Below, one piece after another: positions 49,901 to 63,530 of a DNA stretch of 64,000 nucleotides. The notes under the pieces are model-generated. The model searched no databases. It was given only the letters and a program-made list of their open reading frames with translations, and had not been told where the DNA came from. Made by a program: the position numbers and the translations under genes. Each line of letters begins with the position of its first letter. Position 1 is the first letter of the stretch. The stretch is from positions 7,869,812-7,933,811 of the forward strand of contig NC_092675.1 of assembly GCF_964355755.1 (NCBI RefSeq). Reading direction: 5' to 3'. Source of the stretch: Antedon mediterranea (taxonomy: Eukaryota; Animalia; Echinodermata).

Positions 49901-52900
49901 CGTTACGTTACTGTTTTTGATATTGTAACTCTGTGACGGAACGATGCCTGCTCTAATACAAAAAAAATCTACAGGTTCAATAATCATTGTTCATACTGAA
50001 ACGAATGTCATATAGTTATCATAAAATTAATTATTTTACTAGCAATATTTAAATATGTTTGTTGATTTTGAAAACGGACAATACTGTAAATCAATAATAA
50101 ACTGTTACGCTACTTCGTTTAGTCTGCCTCGCGATTGGTAGGCATACTAGCAGCAAAATATGATAACAATAGTCACACTGAATGGCATCTGCGGGCTGGC
50201 TCAAATTATGCAATATGCTTAAGTAGATGGTATGATAGAAGAAAACACAGGGGATGAAACTGAATCATACTAGGTATAACATTTCAACTAAATAGGCGGT
50301 TATTGTGTAAATAATTGCTTTATTGTAACACACATAGCTATATAAGAAACAGCAAATGAAAATAGTGCACATTTAATAACTGAAACACACCTCTGGGATT
50401 AAACACTTGTACTCTAGGTACCAAGGCCTCAGTATTTAGGGCTTGCAGTAGTATAGACGATTGGGAAATGTCTATACTAAGATAACAGTTATTGTTAGTA
50501 CGGTATTTAGTCGCCTCTAATCTAATGTATGTATAGATATTATTTCTTAAAAGATGTGTCTTTCATACATGTATCTTAGACAGTGAGGACATTTGAGTCG
50601 CTGCGTACCCACAGGCTAGGGAAAAAACACCCTACCCCACTCTTATCGGATTCTCGATGCTGTATCTCACACATAATAATTGTTAGCAGCAGTATCATTA
50701 GGCAAATTTCGTGATACAGTATCTCATGTGCATCGCATGTGATGCCTGTATCATAATTATATTAAGGATTAAACTTGTATATAATAGGTGTTAAGAACAC
50801 ATGACTCTGTATTACAGTAAGTCAGCTGTAGAGCATGAATCAGTGTTATTAACAGTATACAAGCTGAAGTTGTAACACAATATAAGTATCTGGGCAACAT
50901 GATTGATAATAAATTAAACTGGAACCCCAATGCTGATAAATTAGCTGCCAAATGTTACTAACGTCTTTATTGTTTAAGAAAAATGAATAAGTTTAATGTA
51001 GGCCTATGTAATGTTTTGATGAAACTGTGTTATGAATCTGTTATACAATCTGTACTCTGTCTTTGCTGCATTGTTTGGGGTAAAAGTATTACCACCAAAG
51101 CCAATTACAATAGACTGAATAGGGTAGTGAAGACAGCTAGCAAAATTTTAAACGTAAACTTAGGCTAAAACCCTTAAAAAAACATGTGCAATGATCTTGT
51201 AGGCCTAAATAAGAAAATTAAATCTATTATCGCTGATGAAACGCATGGAGAGATTATAGTTAATAAGTCTGGTAGATTAAGAATAATGCGTATTAAAACA
51301 ACTCGATTTAGGAATTCCTTTCTACCTTCAACAGTCAGTGTATTTAATAAAAACAAACCTATAGATAAGATAGAATTTTCATTGTTGGAACATTTTTGGA
51401 ATTTTGCAAGTGTTGTAAAACTTTTTTCTATCAATTAAGTGTATTCTTTTTCGCAACAAGAAGACAAATTTCATACTGTACTATGTTGGTTTGTATGACA
51501 ATAACAGAATTATTCCACTGAGTAATGTTGGTATCGATAACCAGCCTCATAGTCAAGTACAGTCCTACACACAGTCCTAATTTGTTGATTAATTTAGTTA
51601 TCATAGCAAATTGCCGTTTGTTTGCGACAAGGCAATCTTTCAAACAGCTATATTAAAATTACTATACACAGAACACACTGTTTGTAATGACGTTATTGAC
51701 TATTTTTACGCGCATAAAGTAATTATAATTTTTGTTAGATGCATGCTTTGTCCGCCAAAAGTAATTCATAATAAGGATGTCGGTAGGATTTCAAATGAAT
51801 ATATAAGCATTATTAACGAAAGAAATAACTTATTTTATTTCAGTTAATGGACAAAATATACACTTGAATTGGAGTGTGTCCCCAGAGTTTTTTTTTATTT
51901 AAATAAGCATAATCTACGACGCTGATGTGTTATTAAGACACTTTGCTGAAATTTAATAATAATGTGAATTTACAGTATTACATTTAACGGAAATAGACAA
52001 ACTCTAAACCCTTCAGCGAAATGTTGAATATTGTAAGATAGAACGTTTAAGTATGTGTTGCTACTGCATGCATCCCCATTGGTTATCAAACTGACCTGCA
52101 TTTTATAGGGTGGTTATAAACTACGGTAACTTTGAAAACCGCCATGGTAATGAGTATCTTCCTCGTGTATGTTAATGCACAAACGATCAAAATTAATAAT
52201 AATAATATAATAAGATATATGCAAAGAAGTTCACATTGTAGTCCATCTTAATTATCTTAAATACCAAAGGACTGCTGCCTATATTATCATATTATTCATT
52301 ATGTATTAATTATCTAATTAGGAAAATTGATTGGTTTCTATATGCTTAGGTAATAATAATTTAATATTTATATTTAATATTAAAATTGTGAATATTAGTA
52401 TATATAACAGACTATATACTGAATCGAATCTGCTAGCTAGTGCCCCAGATTCCTGTGTAACAGTGCCAAATTCATTATTTATCAAATCATTGAAAGTCAT
52501 ACCTTTACTATTCAAAATATTTTAATCAATAAAATTATTGTTGAATTATAGAGAGAAAAATATAGATTTTAAATTGCTAACCAATTTTTCAATTTTACTT
52601 AAAACGTCTGTTACTGAAAGCAACATGAAAAGGTATAACAACCAACGTTATTCATTTATTGAAAATGAAATCGATGAAAATTTCCCAGTATAGTTGGCCA
52701 TAAACTGTAATAACTTAAAATTTGCCGTTTCATATATTATTTATCTTTAGAATATTATAAATTATATTTGTATTTATAAATCGTCTGTAGAACTGTCACA
52801 GTTTATAGTAGCAACTATTTTATTCATTTCCTGAAAATGAAATCGACGAAAAGCACCAGTTTTGCTATTCATAAGCGTTAGCCCAAAAGCGGTAGCCCAT

Positions 52901-55900
52901 TATGCGGTAGCCCATAAGCGGTACGGTAACCCATTACGCAGTAGCCTATAAGCGGTAGCCCATAAGCGGTAACCCATCACGCAGTAGCCTATAAGCGGTA
53001 GCCCATAAGCAGTAGCTCATTGTGCGATAGCCTATAAGTGGTATCCCATAAGCGGTAGCCCATAAGCGGTAACCCATTACGCGGTAGCCCTTAATCGGTA
53101 GCCCATAAGCGGTAACTCATTACGCGGTAACCTATAAGCGGTAGCCCATTATACGGTAGCCTATAAGCGTTAGCCCAAAAGCGGTAGCCCATTACGCGGT
53201 AGCCTATAAGCGGTAGCCCTTAAGCGGTAACCCATTACGCGGTAGCCTATAAGCGGTAGTTTATAAGCAGTAACCCATTACGCGGTAGCCTATAAGTGGT
53301 AGACTATAAGCGGTAGCCCATAAGCGGTGGTCTATAAAAGCGGTTGTCTATAAGCGGCAGCCCATAAGCGGTAGCCCATACGCGGTAGCCCATAAGCGGT
53401 AGCCCATAAGCGGTAGCTTGTTTCATAATAATATTTGTTATCTTTAGAATAAGTATACATAATTAAAATCTATAATAATTATTATAATAATACGACGGTT
53501 CTTTCACTGTTTGCATAATTCATGAAACCTTTACGTATTCAATTATATTCGTTATTGGCTTTTAATTGAGTAATTATATATTAAGTAATTTTGAAATTAG
53601 AGTGAGGGCTTGAACTTAGACAGCCTTGGGCTTTGTAAGTGCTGCAATGTTTTCATTGGTAGGCATAGGCATACAACAAAACACGATGGTTTAAACATGG
53701 TTAAAACAAACTATTACTCCCCCTTTTACAAAAGTACAGAAGCTAAATCAACAATAGAAAGTGTGGAGTGGATTTTTCGGCGAGGAGGATTCACCATGTT
53801 TGCACAGAAAAAGAATATCATTGACCCTGTCCTCAAGACGACTTCAAGTTAGGCCAGTTGCAAAAAAATCTAATGATCATACACTTCAATAATTTTCGAT
53901 ATAGTTTCCCCTATGTTTCATAATTTTTGGGATTTTATTTGTGTCACACCAGGTTGTTGAAAATAAATACTTTCTTATCAGTGGGGGAATAGTTCAAATT
54001 ACACAGTAGAATCTCTATTCTTCTGTACACAAATTATGTTGTAAATAGAGAGGCATTTTTAAAAACTGTGAAAAATAAACGGTTTGGTAAAAAATGTTAT
54101 CAGATGACTAAATATAGGTAATATAACTTGAATCTTACATTTCTAGTATTTTTATTTAACTTTATTTTCATGTTATAGCAAAAATTATCCACCGTATATC
54201 CACTATCTTTTTTTCACCTTCTAGAAAGTCACAAGACATGTTAGTACATTACGCTTAACTATCCTAACTACTGAAAAAAAAGTCTTCCTGGTTTTTATAG
54301 CAGAATTTTGCACAATTTTGTATTTGACCATTTTAAGGGAAATTCATGTTTTTCGTCTTGATTTCTATTACAAATATTTGATTTATTGTACAATTAACCA
54401 GATATTATATTTAAAATTCATGCCTGTACCTGAGCCTCAGATATAGACTCTCGATTGAATCAAATGGTATAATTGTCATAGGCTTTTCCATAACATCACA
54501 GGGTTAAACAAAAAAGCTGAATCGGTCACATAATAATAAGTCGAGATGATAATAACATAATAACATCTTCATAATTATTATGTTGATTTCATGATAACGG
54601 TATCTATATATAACCTCTCCGGCCCTATTGAACTTATATTCACTTAGCACTTGCAAAACATGTAGCATTTTAAATATATTGTAATAATATCAAGGCTACT
54701 GTGTCTTTTGACGTACTCGTGTGGGTAGTTTCTCATTCATTTTAATCAAAATCAATACATTTACAGTTTGAGTTGTCAAAAACATATTGAATTGAAAAGT
54801 ACTGTTTGAGCGTTTAGCTAGCCTGGATCCCACTAACATTAATCCACCAAAGCAAAAATATGGTAGACAAGACAGAACTGGTTACACATAAAATAGACTT
54901 GGCCAATCAACTTGGCAGGCCTAGGTCTTTTGAAAATGTCAACAAAAATATTAAGCATGTTTTATCTGGTGGTGACACGAGCCAATATAATAATATTAGG
55001 TTCACACAATATGTCAGTTGTTTATTAATAATATAGTGTATCATACATAATTTAATGTTACGCAACAGTACCGTTGTAACGTACTGCAGCGGCAGGGGTT
55101 CTTGACACGTATGGTTCATTTGATAGGCCTGGCCCACTTGTATTAGCAGACCATTCACTAACATACACTCAACTTGAGGATGTAATTAAGCTTTAGTAAA
55201 CAGTCTTTATTTTGAATGGCTACTACAGTTAATAACAATTCATATGAAAATATGTTAAGCAACAGTGGGGATAAAGTGGTGAACCATCGATCGATGAACA
55301 TGCGTTTCACATTATTTTGTATTTTAATGTGTGTTCTATTATAAGATAACAAATTAAGATACACATACACATACTATAGTGTATAGTTTTAGTTTGTAAG
55401 GCCTATAGACAAGTATCAATCGATCAATCAATCAATCAATCATCAAACATTTAATTCTTCTTCTTTCTAACATAAACAGTCTTTTCTTTTATTTTTAACC
55501 TCGTTCTTCATTTCGAACCTTGTAAATCACTCCCCACAACAAAGTCCCAAATTGAAGAAAACAAGTTTTGGCTAACTTATTAAAATGAGATGTTTCGTGC
55601 AATTGTCATACGGAGTCCATGCGCGTATAATAGGCTCTGTTATTCGAGTAAAATGATAAGGTATCAATATGGTTCTATGTTACTACTGTATTAAAAGGAA
55701 TTACTTTTTTAATCAAATAAAAACACAGAGTAACAATTGTTACCCTATATGAAATAGTGATACCATTTTTATAAATTAAAATTATAGGTTCGTTGCCTTA
55801 GCGTCATATCTTATTTAATCGAGGAGTAAAAGTAGCCTTACTTAATGTCTTGATAGGGTGTGGCGAAGACCCACTAATCATAATGAATCTTCTCCCAAGA

Positions 55901-58900
55901 GTCATGCTTCGCTATTTAGTTGCAATATTGATGTGTGACAGAATTATAGAACTTGAATAATTGTCGATTCTAATCTACAATTCCTTCACTTATTACTAAC
56001 AAATTACTTGCCAACGGGATGAATAATGTGAGCTCGAAAACGAGAAGCCTTTAAAGACTTTGATAATTCTATAAGTATTTTATAGGCTTAGAATAATTGT
56101 TGTCTATACTTTTTTCTCTATCAGTAACATAAGCCTTAATAGGCTACTCATAGCGGAGTTTCAATATCAACATTTTGTAATCATCGGACTGATGAAACAC
56201 TTTGTGTTTAATGATTTAAATTATAATCTTGAAATACGTGCTGTGACTTTTAAAATATAAGATTTCTATACACAAACAAAATAATTTAACACATTTTTAA
56301 ACATTAATCATTTCTTGAGCAATGCGCTGACATTAATCTCATAACGAAGGTGTTTCGTGTTTTACCCATCGTACACTTAAACTAGATCATTATTCTACAT
56401 ACGCAGGTGATGGTTAGTCGATTAAATTGTTGATATAATTGCATTGATCTGTTCATAATAAGGTTTCCATTTCATTCAAATCCCAATATTTCTGTATGTT
56501 GAATCGGATAGTTTAGAAAACTCCGCACGTCAGCAACACCCCTTATGGGCAACACAGCCAGACGAGGCGGGTAGGATGATTTTTGGGGAGGTGGGAATTG
56601 ACTTCACAATGTCAGAGTGGTATTACACTTTACAACCAAATTAGCGAAATACAATACATAGGCTGTTAATGCTGTGTACGATTTGATCAGGCTGTATTAT
56701 GCTATGCTATTTGGACGATGTGTGAAACAGCGATTTTTTCCCCCGTAAGGCTACCCGAGTTCCTTAAATCGGTTCATATCGGATGAACTCGGTGGAATGT
56801 TTCAAGTAGGATTTGTTTTCGAACATGAACCCTAACTTTGTCAATAACTCAACAAATTATCCCCCAGTGGAAATTGTATTTCTCGTTCTTACGCATCACA
56901 GTGTTATAGGATACAGAATCTACCGAGTGCATCCGAAACTAACCGATTGAAGAACTCCCGTACGGAAATAATAACGGCCAGATATCTGTCCGTTCACATA
57001 AACACCATGGAATCAGACGTCGCATTCCGAAAATATAAATCTATATCTGTTAATCATTCTACTGGTATCGATTGTATAATCCGTGGCAATATGCTTTGAA
57101 TTTTGATTATACTGTGATTAATGTACAGTATTTGTTAGACACGTGTGCTAATTTGCATACAGGAGCATGGCAATAACCAGTGAATAGTGATTTGAATTAA
57201 TTTAAATAAATTCCACTTGATCACTTTTAATCATTCTTAATTTCAATTACTATAATGATTTTATTTTATTGATTGCTTCAAATAATATTTCTTGCATCAT
57301 TTTGTTTGCATAGTTCAATTAATTTCACTAACGATCTTTTTTCCATATCCATCATTGACAAATAATTAAATGTAATCTCGATAACAATTACTAAAACTGA
57401 ACATGTATAAAATGATAAGTCGTATACCATTTATACATTTCATTTATTGCAGTATTATAACTATACTAGATGACTTAAAGTTCTATTCTTTGGAATTAAA
57501 ACAAATAAACATTTTACGTTTTGTTATGGACAATGGGCAAAAATTCGCATGCTGTCCAAATTGAATAGGACTACATTTTGTATGAAATATTTTCGTTAAA
57601 ATAGAAGTTCTTTCATTAATTGAATAGGCCCTATTAATCTCTCGATTAGTGTTGCGTTGTGTGATTCCTACAATGCACACATATCGTAAACATTTTGTAG
57701 GTCCTTTGATTACATCCAGTTTGGTATTTGATTTTAATGATCAAATGAACGTCAAACGAACCGCCTATTATCAATATATGTTCCTGCTTCCATTTAATGT
57801 ACGACTAATTTAGAAAAAGGCTTTATCTACCTCTAAAAATTAATAACAACCAAAACAAATTAAGTTAAAAATAAATGAATGAATGAATGCAAAATAAAAA
57901 CGCACTTTGCTCAATTACTCAAAAGAGCTTCCTATTTCTAAGCCATTATCAAAGTGTATGAATGAGTCTTTACTATTATGTATATTCATACGATTAAAAA
58001 TACTTTTTAAACGATTTCATGTTTGTATTGCGTTGATTCGAGAAATGAGTTTCTTTATTTTTTATATCAATAAACATATTACTGTTTAACGATTATACTG
58101 TGTTTGTGCATACACCTTTTTTACCCCAATATTACGCCACATGACAGTCCTCATTTTAACCTATTTTTTTAACTTGATTTTATATTCACATTTCTATAAT
58201 AATTGGACAAAAATTTAGTGTAACCCTTTAAGTGGATTTTTTACATTTTTTAAACTAGAAAGCCACTCCGATAGTGCATACCTCCACCTACTGTAAAATT
58301 CTTCTACATAAGATTTCTCCTGAAAAAACAAATACATGTGTCTTAATGCTGTCTTTGATTTATATTTTCACCACAAGCATGTGTATGCGAGTTTGGGTAA
58401 ATGTTATGTAATCAGCCTTTCAACTAACAATAGTTTCAGTTGACTAACAAAGAACAGGAACGCCAAAATCAAACGGGTGAATTTGAAATCGTTTTTGTTT
58501 TAAACTAGGCCCTACTCGTATAAAAAAGCATGTACAATAAATCATTTTGTGTTTTAAAATTACAAATCACAAATTATAACTCTTGCCTCTTGTAGAAAAA
58601 TGAAGTTCTCGAGGAAATGCAATTTCAGTTTCATCTTTTAACACTTTAGCAGGTATGAAAATAATACTAAAAAGCGGTCCAGAATTCGGACCGTGGTCCG
58701 GATTGCTTCCAACATTGAATGTAGTGGTCCTTGGCCACATATCTATCTGTATTTTTATTTTGGTAAAGATCTTGAAATAACTTTTTGAGTAATCCTGCTA
58801 ACAAACAGATACACACGCGATTGATTGGCGCGTAAATCACAAGTCAGACAATGCTGTTATATATTTAAAACAATGGTAAATGGCTGTTCCAATTACCACC

Positions 58901-61415
58901 TCTCATCTTTCGTCCGCTTTAATAAATTCATTTGATTTTGTCAACATGGAATTTAGAGCAATTGCAGTTTGATTGTTTACCAACTTTAAGTAGACATAAC
59001 TGTAAATGCATAATTCTATTAATAGCATCAACAGCAATAAATCGGAAGGTCTTTAAACCAATTATTGTTTATTGTAACTTTGAAAAAGTAACGACGGTGA
59101 ACATTTGTTTGTTAAACTACATTTAAATAAAACACCATCATGATGGCAATACATTTTGCAAGGCATTTAGAGCAATTATTTATATATCGTAAAAAAAAAA
59201 AAAAAAAAAAAAAATTCAAATGAGAAATATTACAGGAGTGGAATCGTTATCATGGACAAGTTATGATTTACGTGGAGATAGAGTAGATAATTGGATGGTT
59301 GCACAGTAATCTGTAGATAGACAAAGACATGATTGATGGAATTGAATTGAATTGAATTAAAATATTTCATTTTTACTGGGCGACCTCTCAGTAAAATACT
59401 GGTCTCCCAGAAGGCCCAGTTATGATCAGTGGCTGTGATGTACTAGTACATCGAGGTAACCACCTACATGTCTCGAAAGACTAGGTTCTTTAAAGTACAC
59501 ATGAGCTAGATGTGTACACACTGGACCTACGGTTTATAGTCCTTATCCGAAAAGACTAGTTCTACCACCAGAACATGGAGCGAGTGAGGCTCGAACCCTT
59601 GCCTCCTCAATCACGAATGTCCGAAGTTAATTTTTGAGCACATACTGTAGAACGCCTATTAAGGGCACACCTTTGGGACGCACCAAAAGGTTCACATAAT
59701 AGGGGGCCCCTGAATATATTTCCATTCTTTCGTTTAACAGGGAAGTGTGTCTGTTTACAGGCATATGAAGAAAAAAAATTAAGTGACATAAAACGTTTGA
59801 AAGTACTGTATAGTCAGAAATTGTGAATTTTATATATGATCAATCAAACAAGATTAATTATTATATCTCTGTATACAAAAATAGAACTGTATACCTGTAT
59901 ATTGTTGTAACAATAATAATAATAATCGCTGCTGCAGACCGTAATTACAATACAGTAATAAAGTAAATAATACATTCTGCACGCGCATGATGACAATAGC
60001 TTTATACGAATAATATAAAAACATGGAATATGTAATGTTGACAAATACCAGTTGCGTCTATTAATAGCAAAACATTTGGTTAATACTCTGGATATTAAAC
60101 ATGTAAGGTTGATGTTCTATGTTGATACTATTTCATATAAAAATATACTTAATTTAACATTGAAATGTGTATAAATAAAAAGTGTCTTTAGCTGGAATCG
60201 TTTGGAAAGCGGTTTAGGGGTCTCTATATTTATTATAGTATACGTATTATTGTCCACACGTGTATTTTCCGAGGTCTGGACCAACGACTTAACGTCCCAT
60301 CCAAAGGAAAGGCAATGAGAGTACAATGATATAAATGAGGCAGGTCTCGAACCTACGTCATTTATGCTTGGTATGGTATCAACTGATTCCATTGCAGGTG
60401 GTGTTTACGTACGCCATCAAATATGTTAATGAAATACAGGGATACTTGTATTCATGGAAAACGTTGTAACATTAAACCTTCGCCTATTCAGAGGAACTAA
60501 CACTACTTTGTTTGTTGGGCCCGAATGACGTGTCCCTTGATTGAAGTACTATACTTCTTCATTAATGACGACTGACATTTATGTACGAATGCAATGCAAG
60601 TTTGATTGCAGTTTTATGTTGACATTATGATATATTTTTTCCGATCAAGTTGATTGAATTACTCTTTCATGACATAGCGTAATCTCAAAGGAGACAAATA
60701 GAGCATACCTCTTCGATATTTTACGTTGTCATTATTTAATTTAAACTACATCTAGGCCAATGAATAGTTTCCAATTAGGCTAGTTTCCAGATCCATTTAA
60801 CTTAGATTTAACTGAGTATAATCGCTCCGAGGCGTTACTGTTTCTTGAATAAGAGAAAGTAATTGTACTGTGAAAAAAACAATAAACCAAAAGACATAGG
60901 ATGGTTACGGCTATATGGTGCCATCTAGCTGTCTGTGGTAGGCCTACAACTACTCTCATTAGGTGCAAGTACCGCGTTAAATGCAAATATCATTATTGAT
61001 ATTAAATTGTGTCGCTCGTGCACGGCAATGCACTTTACAAAGCAATAGAATAATGCATACAATATACTGTATATTAACTTACCCTATCCGAGTAAATAAG
61101 AGACCGGCAGCCAATTCCAATAATTGGAATATCTAAATAGGTAGCTGTCGTTGATAATGTATACAAAGACTTATCATCAACGGCAGCACCAATTCCAACA
61201 ATATTCGTATCATCTTTCGTTAGGTTGCATATTTTATTTGCTAAGAGACCGGGATTTTCCGCAACTTCTGCCAAAATTGCATGCGAATTGACGACATTTG
61301 GGAACTGGCTTTCACCGCTATTCTTCGTATACAAGACAACTTGTCCCGATGCCCAGCAGGTTGATGCGACAATAATGTGCACATTTATAAATATTTGTAA
61401 GAGTAAAGCCATCAT
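38000..61415 (-). CDS. NMDA-type ionotropic glutamate receptor subunit, GluN3 (GRIN3)-like, ~889 aa
   Basis: Exons 61415-61083, 47372-46789, 45212-44162, 42774-42629, 42129-41996, 40082-39912, 38781-38645, 38113-38000 (TAG), 2670 nt in frame; intron 1 is ~13.7 kb. Signal peptide and ATD; S1 RRCCLGLCVDLL...SWNGMVGDLL...[47 protein letters not shown]...TVRTKPPKC (GluN3-like); M3 SYTANLAAF; S2 FLYDSPIIDY...DPDCKL; post-M4 ISQ|RIH. Confidence 0.93.
38203..38341. mobile_element. MITE family A copy
   Basis: ...TTGCGTTGCGTTTACGTCCTTGCGTTGCGTCCTAGTGGGAATCAAGC. Confidence 0.75.
38852..39035. repeat. ~60-bp tandem repeat (about 3 copies) just upstream of the M4 exon
   Basis: ACAATGCTG..G.TATCAGTGG.TCTCAA..GAGATA..AAATAAA occurs three times. 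Confidence 0.75.
39365..39680. mobile_element. Second copy of the 27925 repeat
   Basis: Inverted ends TTTCGTACTTAAGTTGGGGACCCC / GGGGTCCCCAACTTATGCATGAAAA. Confidence 0.7.
41413..41573. mobile_element. MITE family B copy
   Basis: AGCTCTGTCTACACTATC ... GATAGTGTAGACAGAGCT. Confidence 0.85.
45337..45520 (+). mobile_element. tRNA-derived SINE with conserved central domain
   Basis: TGGCGCAGTG A-box-like and GGATCGAATCC B-box-like motifs, then TCCTTAGGCAAGATACTT...CTCTCCACCCAGGTGTATAAATGG, resembling central domains of invertebrate SINEs. Confidence 0.7.
46195..46305. repeat. ~110-bp imperfect palindrome
   Basis: ATTATATTCCAAAATAAAAAGATGAATG-loop-CATTCATCTTTTTATTTTGAAATATAAT. Confidence 0.7.
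50860..51350 (+). mobile_element. LINE (Rex-Babar/L2-group) ORF2 C-terminal pseudogene fragment
   Basis: QYKYLGNMIDNKLNW..NADKLAAKC.*RLYCLRKM...YESVIQSVL..CIVWG...RLNRVVKTASKI...SGRLRIMRIKTTRFRNSFLP, with stops and a frameshift. Confidence 0.8.
52869..53417. repeat. 14-bp GC-rich minisatellite (~39 units)
   Basis: Consensus AGCCCATAAGCGGT with variants such as AACCCATTACGCGGT and AGCCTATAAGCGGT. Confidence 0.9.
58253..58820. mobile_element. Degenerate HINE-like element related to 10484-11078
   Basis: AACTAGAAAGCCACTCCGATAGTGCATACCTCCACCTACTGTAAAATT start; GTAATCCTGCTAACAAACAGA near the end. Confidence 0.55.
59340..59605 (-). mobile_element. tRNA-derived SINE (same family as 13588), with (TTCAA)n tail
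   Basis: Reverse complement matches GGCAAGGGTTCGAG..CTCGCTCCATG.TTCTGGTGGTAGAAC...GGATAAGGACTATAAACC; ATTGA repeats at 59341-59357. Confidence 0.7.
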
Positions 61416-62130
61416 GTCAAATTGTACCTAGACATTGTCACTGGGTATCCCAATTTACGAGAAACTACAATCGCGTATTTTCCTGTACTTAAATATCCTG
61501 TTAAAAAAAGTCGGTCACCACATAACCATGTTAAATAAGTTCTCTTGTCGGTGTCTTTGAAGTCACATCATGCGATTTAAAAAAGACACCACGCTTCGTG
61601 TTCTTGCTTAAATAAATCTTTAAATCTATCGAACGAATAAATCACCATGTTTTGAAAAGTAATAAATATCGGAAAGAAGTCAAGCAAATAAAAATATAAT
61701 TTGTAAGGTATACGCGTCGTCAGAGATGCAGATAAATCGTAAACCCGTGCGGAGCATACAGTGACTATCGTCGTTATAAGAGCAACCCGTTGCGTTCTAT
61801 TTTCTCAATTACCAAACGCCCGCTAGCGGTAATAGTACAAACAGCAGCAGCAAACACTATCGTTTAAAAATTAGCCAAAGTGACAATTTCACTCTCACAA
61901 TTTAATAAACACGTAAATATGTGTACTATTAGTTCAATTTCCACATCACAGACACGTGACAGAATGAAATACAACAAAACCTCCTTAATATGCGTAATTA
62001 AAAGGCTTCCAATTTATGTTTCTGATAATTATTAATATATTCATATCATAAATACTGGTACGAGATGGAAATTGATATAAAAAGTACAAAGTACTAATGT
62101 ATTGGTAAGTAGGAAACGATAATGACAACA

Positions 62131-62880
62131 AATAATGTGTACATCAACATGAAATAATAAGGCATATCATTATAAGTTTAGATAAACCAAACAATTCTTA
62201 GAAATTATTATTAATAAGGCCTCAACAATAATGACACCAAACGTGAAATAATGTGTACATCAACATGAAATAATAAGGCATATCATTATAAGTTTAGATA
62301 AACCAAACAATTCTTAGAAATTATTATTAATAAGGCCTCAACAATAATGACACCAAACGTGAAATAATGTGTACATCAACATGAAATAATAAGGCATATC
62401 ATTATAAGTTTAGATAAACCAAACAATTCTTAGAAATTATTATTAATAAGGCCTCAACAATAATGACACCAAACGTGAAATAATGTGTACATCAACATGA
62501 AATAATAAGGCATATCATTATGAGTTTAGATAAACCAAACAATTCTTAGAAATTATTATTAATAAGGCCTCAACAATAATGACACCAAACGTGAAATAAT
62601 GTGTACATCAACATGAAATAATAAGGCATATCATTATGAGTTTAGATAAACCAAACAATTCTTAGAAATTATTATTAATAAGGCCTCAACAATAATGACA
62701 CCAAACGTGAAATAATGTGTACATCAACATAAAATAATAAGGCATATCATTATGAGTTTAGATAAACCAAACAATTCTTAGTAGAAATTATTATTATTAA
62801 TAGGGCCTCAACAATAATGACACCAAACGTGAAATAATGTGTACATCAACATGAAATAATAAGGCATATAATTATGAGTT
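62131..62880. repeat. 116-bp tandem repeat, ~6.4 near-identical copies
   Basis: Units start AATAATGTGTACATCAAC at 62131, 62247, 62363, 62479, 62595, 62711 and ~62833. Confidence 0.92.
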
Positions 62881-63453
62881 AAAGCGAACAATTCGAAGAA
62901 ATTATGATTATTAATATTAAGCCTAAATATAAGCATATAATTAATTACATATTCAATTTTTTGTGGGTGACATCTTACTCATATGAGAAAATATTTCCAC
63001 CAACCAGTTCACTTTAAATCCATCATCCGATGAATTGATATTGAAATAGAGACGCTGTAGGCCCACAATCTGACAATATCAATTACAGATGCAACAAGGT
63101 TTTTTTGTGTGGGTAATTCTATTATTATATTAATGTATTATTATTGTATAAATATCGTTTTATTATACAATGAGTATTGTATCATACTGTCGTTGCATCC
63201 CAAAGTATATAGGCCTAGGCCACCTTCGTTTGAACACAGTGAACATCGCCTGAATGCATTGCTATTGTAACTAAATAAGATTACCGATGAAAAATATAAT
63301 ACTAATATCGCTCTGTAATTATTTTCAGATAATGAGATTAACTCGTGGATGATTGACCCAGTAAGTAAGCAGCATGTAGAATTCTACATGGTGAGTTTTT
63401 TGGTTGAGCAGCTGGGTCGAGAACGAGTCATCATCATCAACAAGTCATCGTAA

Positions 63454-63530
63454 AGCTTGGTTCCCACTAGGACACAACGCAAGGACGTAAGACGCAACGC
63501 AGGCGAATATTGACCAATCAAAAGCAATGT
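63454..63530. mobile_element. Truncated MITE family A left arm
   Basis: TAA|AGCTTGGTTCCCACTAGGACACAACGCAAGGACG, abutting a LINE fragment. Confidence 0.7.

Noticed and set aside
53821-54508. piggyBac-like element (TTGACCCTG ... CAGGGTTAA)
   Set aside because: The terminal match is too short and the left TTAA is imperfect.
47373-61082. Hidden nested gene or extra exons in the 13.7-kb receptor intron
   Set aside because: Exons 1 and 2 join in frame (IYSDR|EVHPLFLRF); only LINE remnants and repeats were recognisable.
62131-62880. Possible CRISPR-like array
   Set aside because: The units are contiguous and near-identical with no unique spacers; there are no cas genes and the context is eukaryotic.
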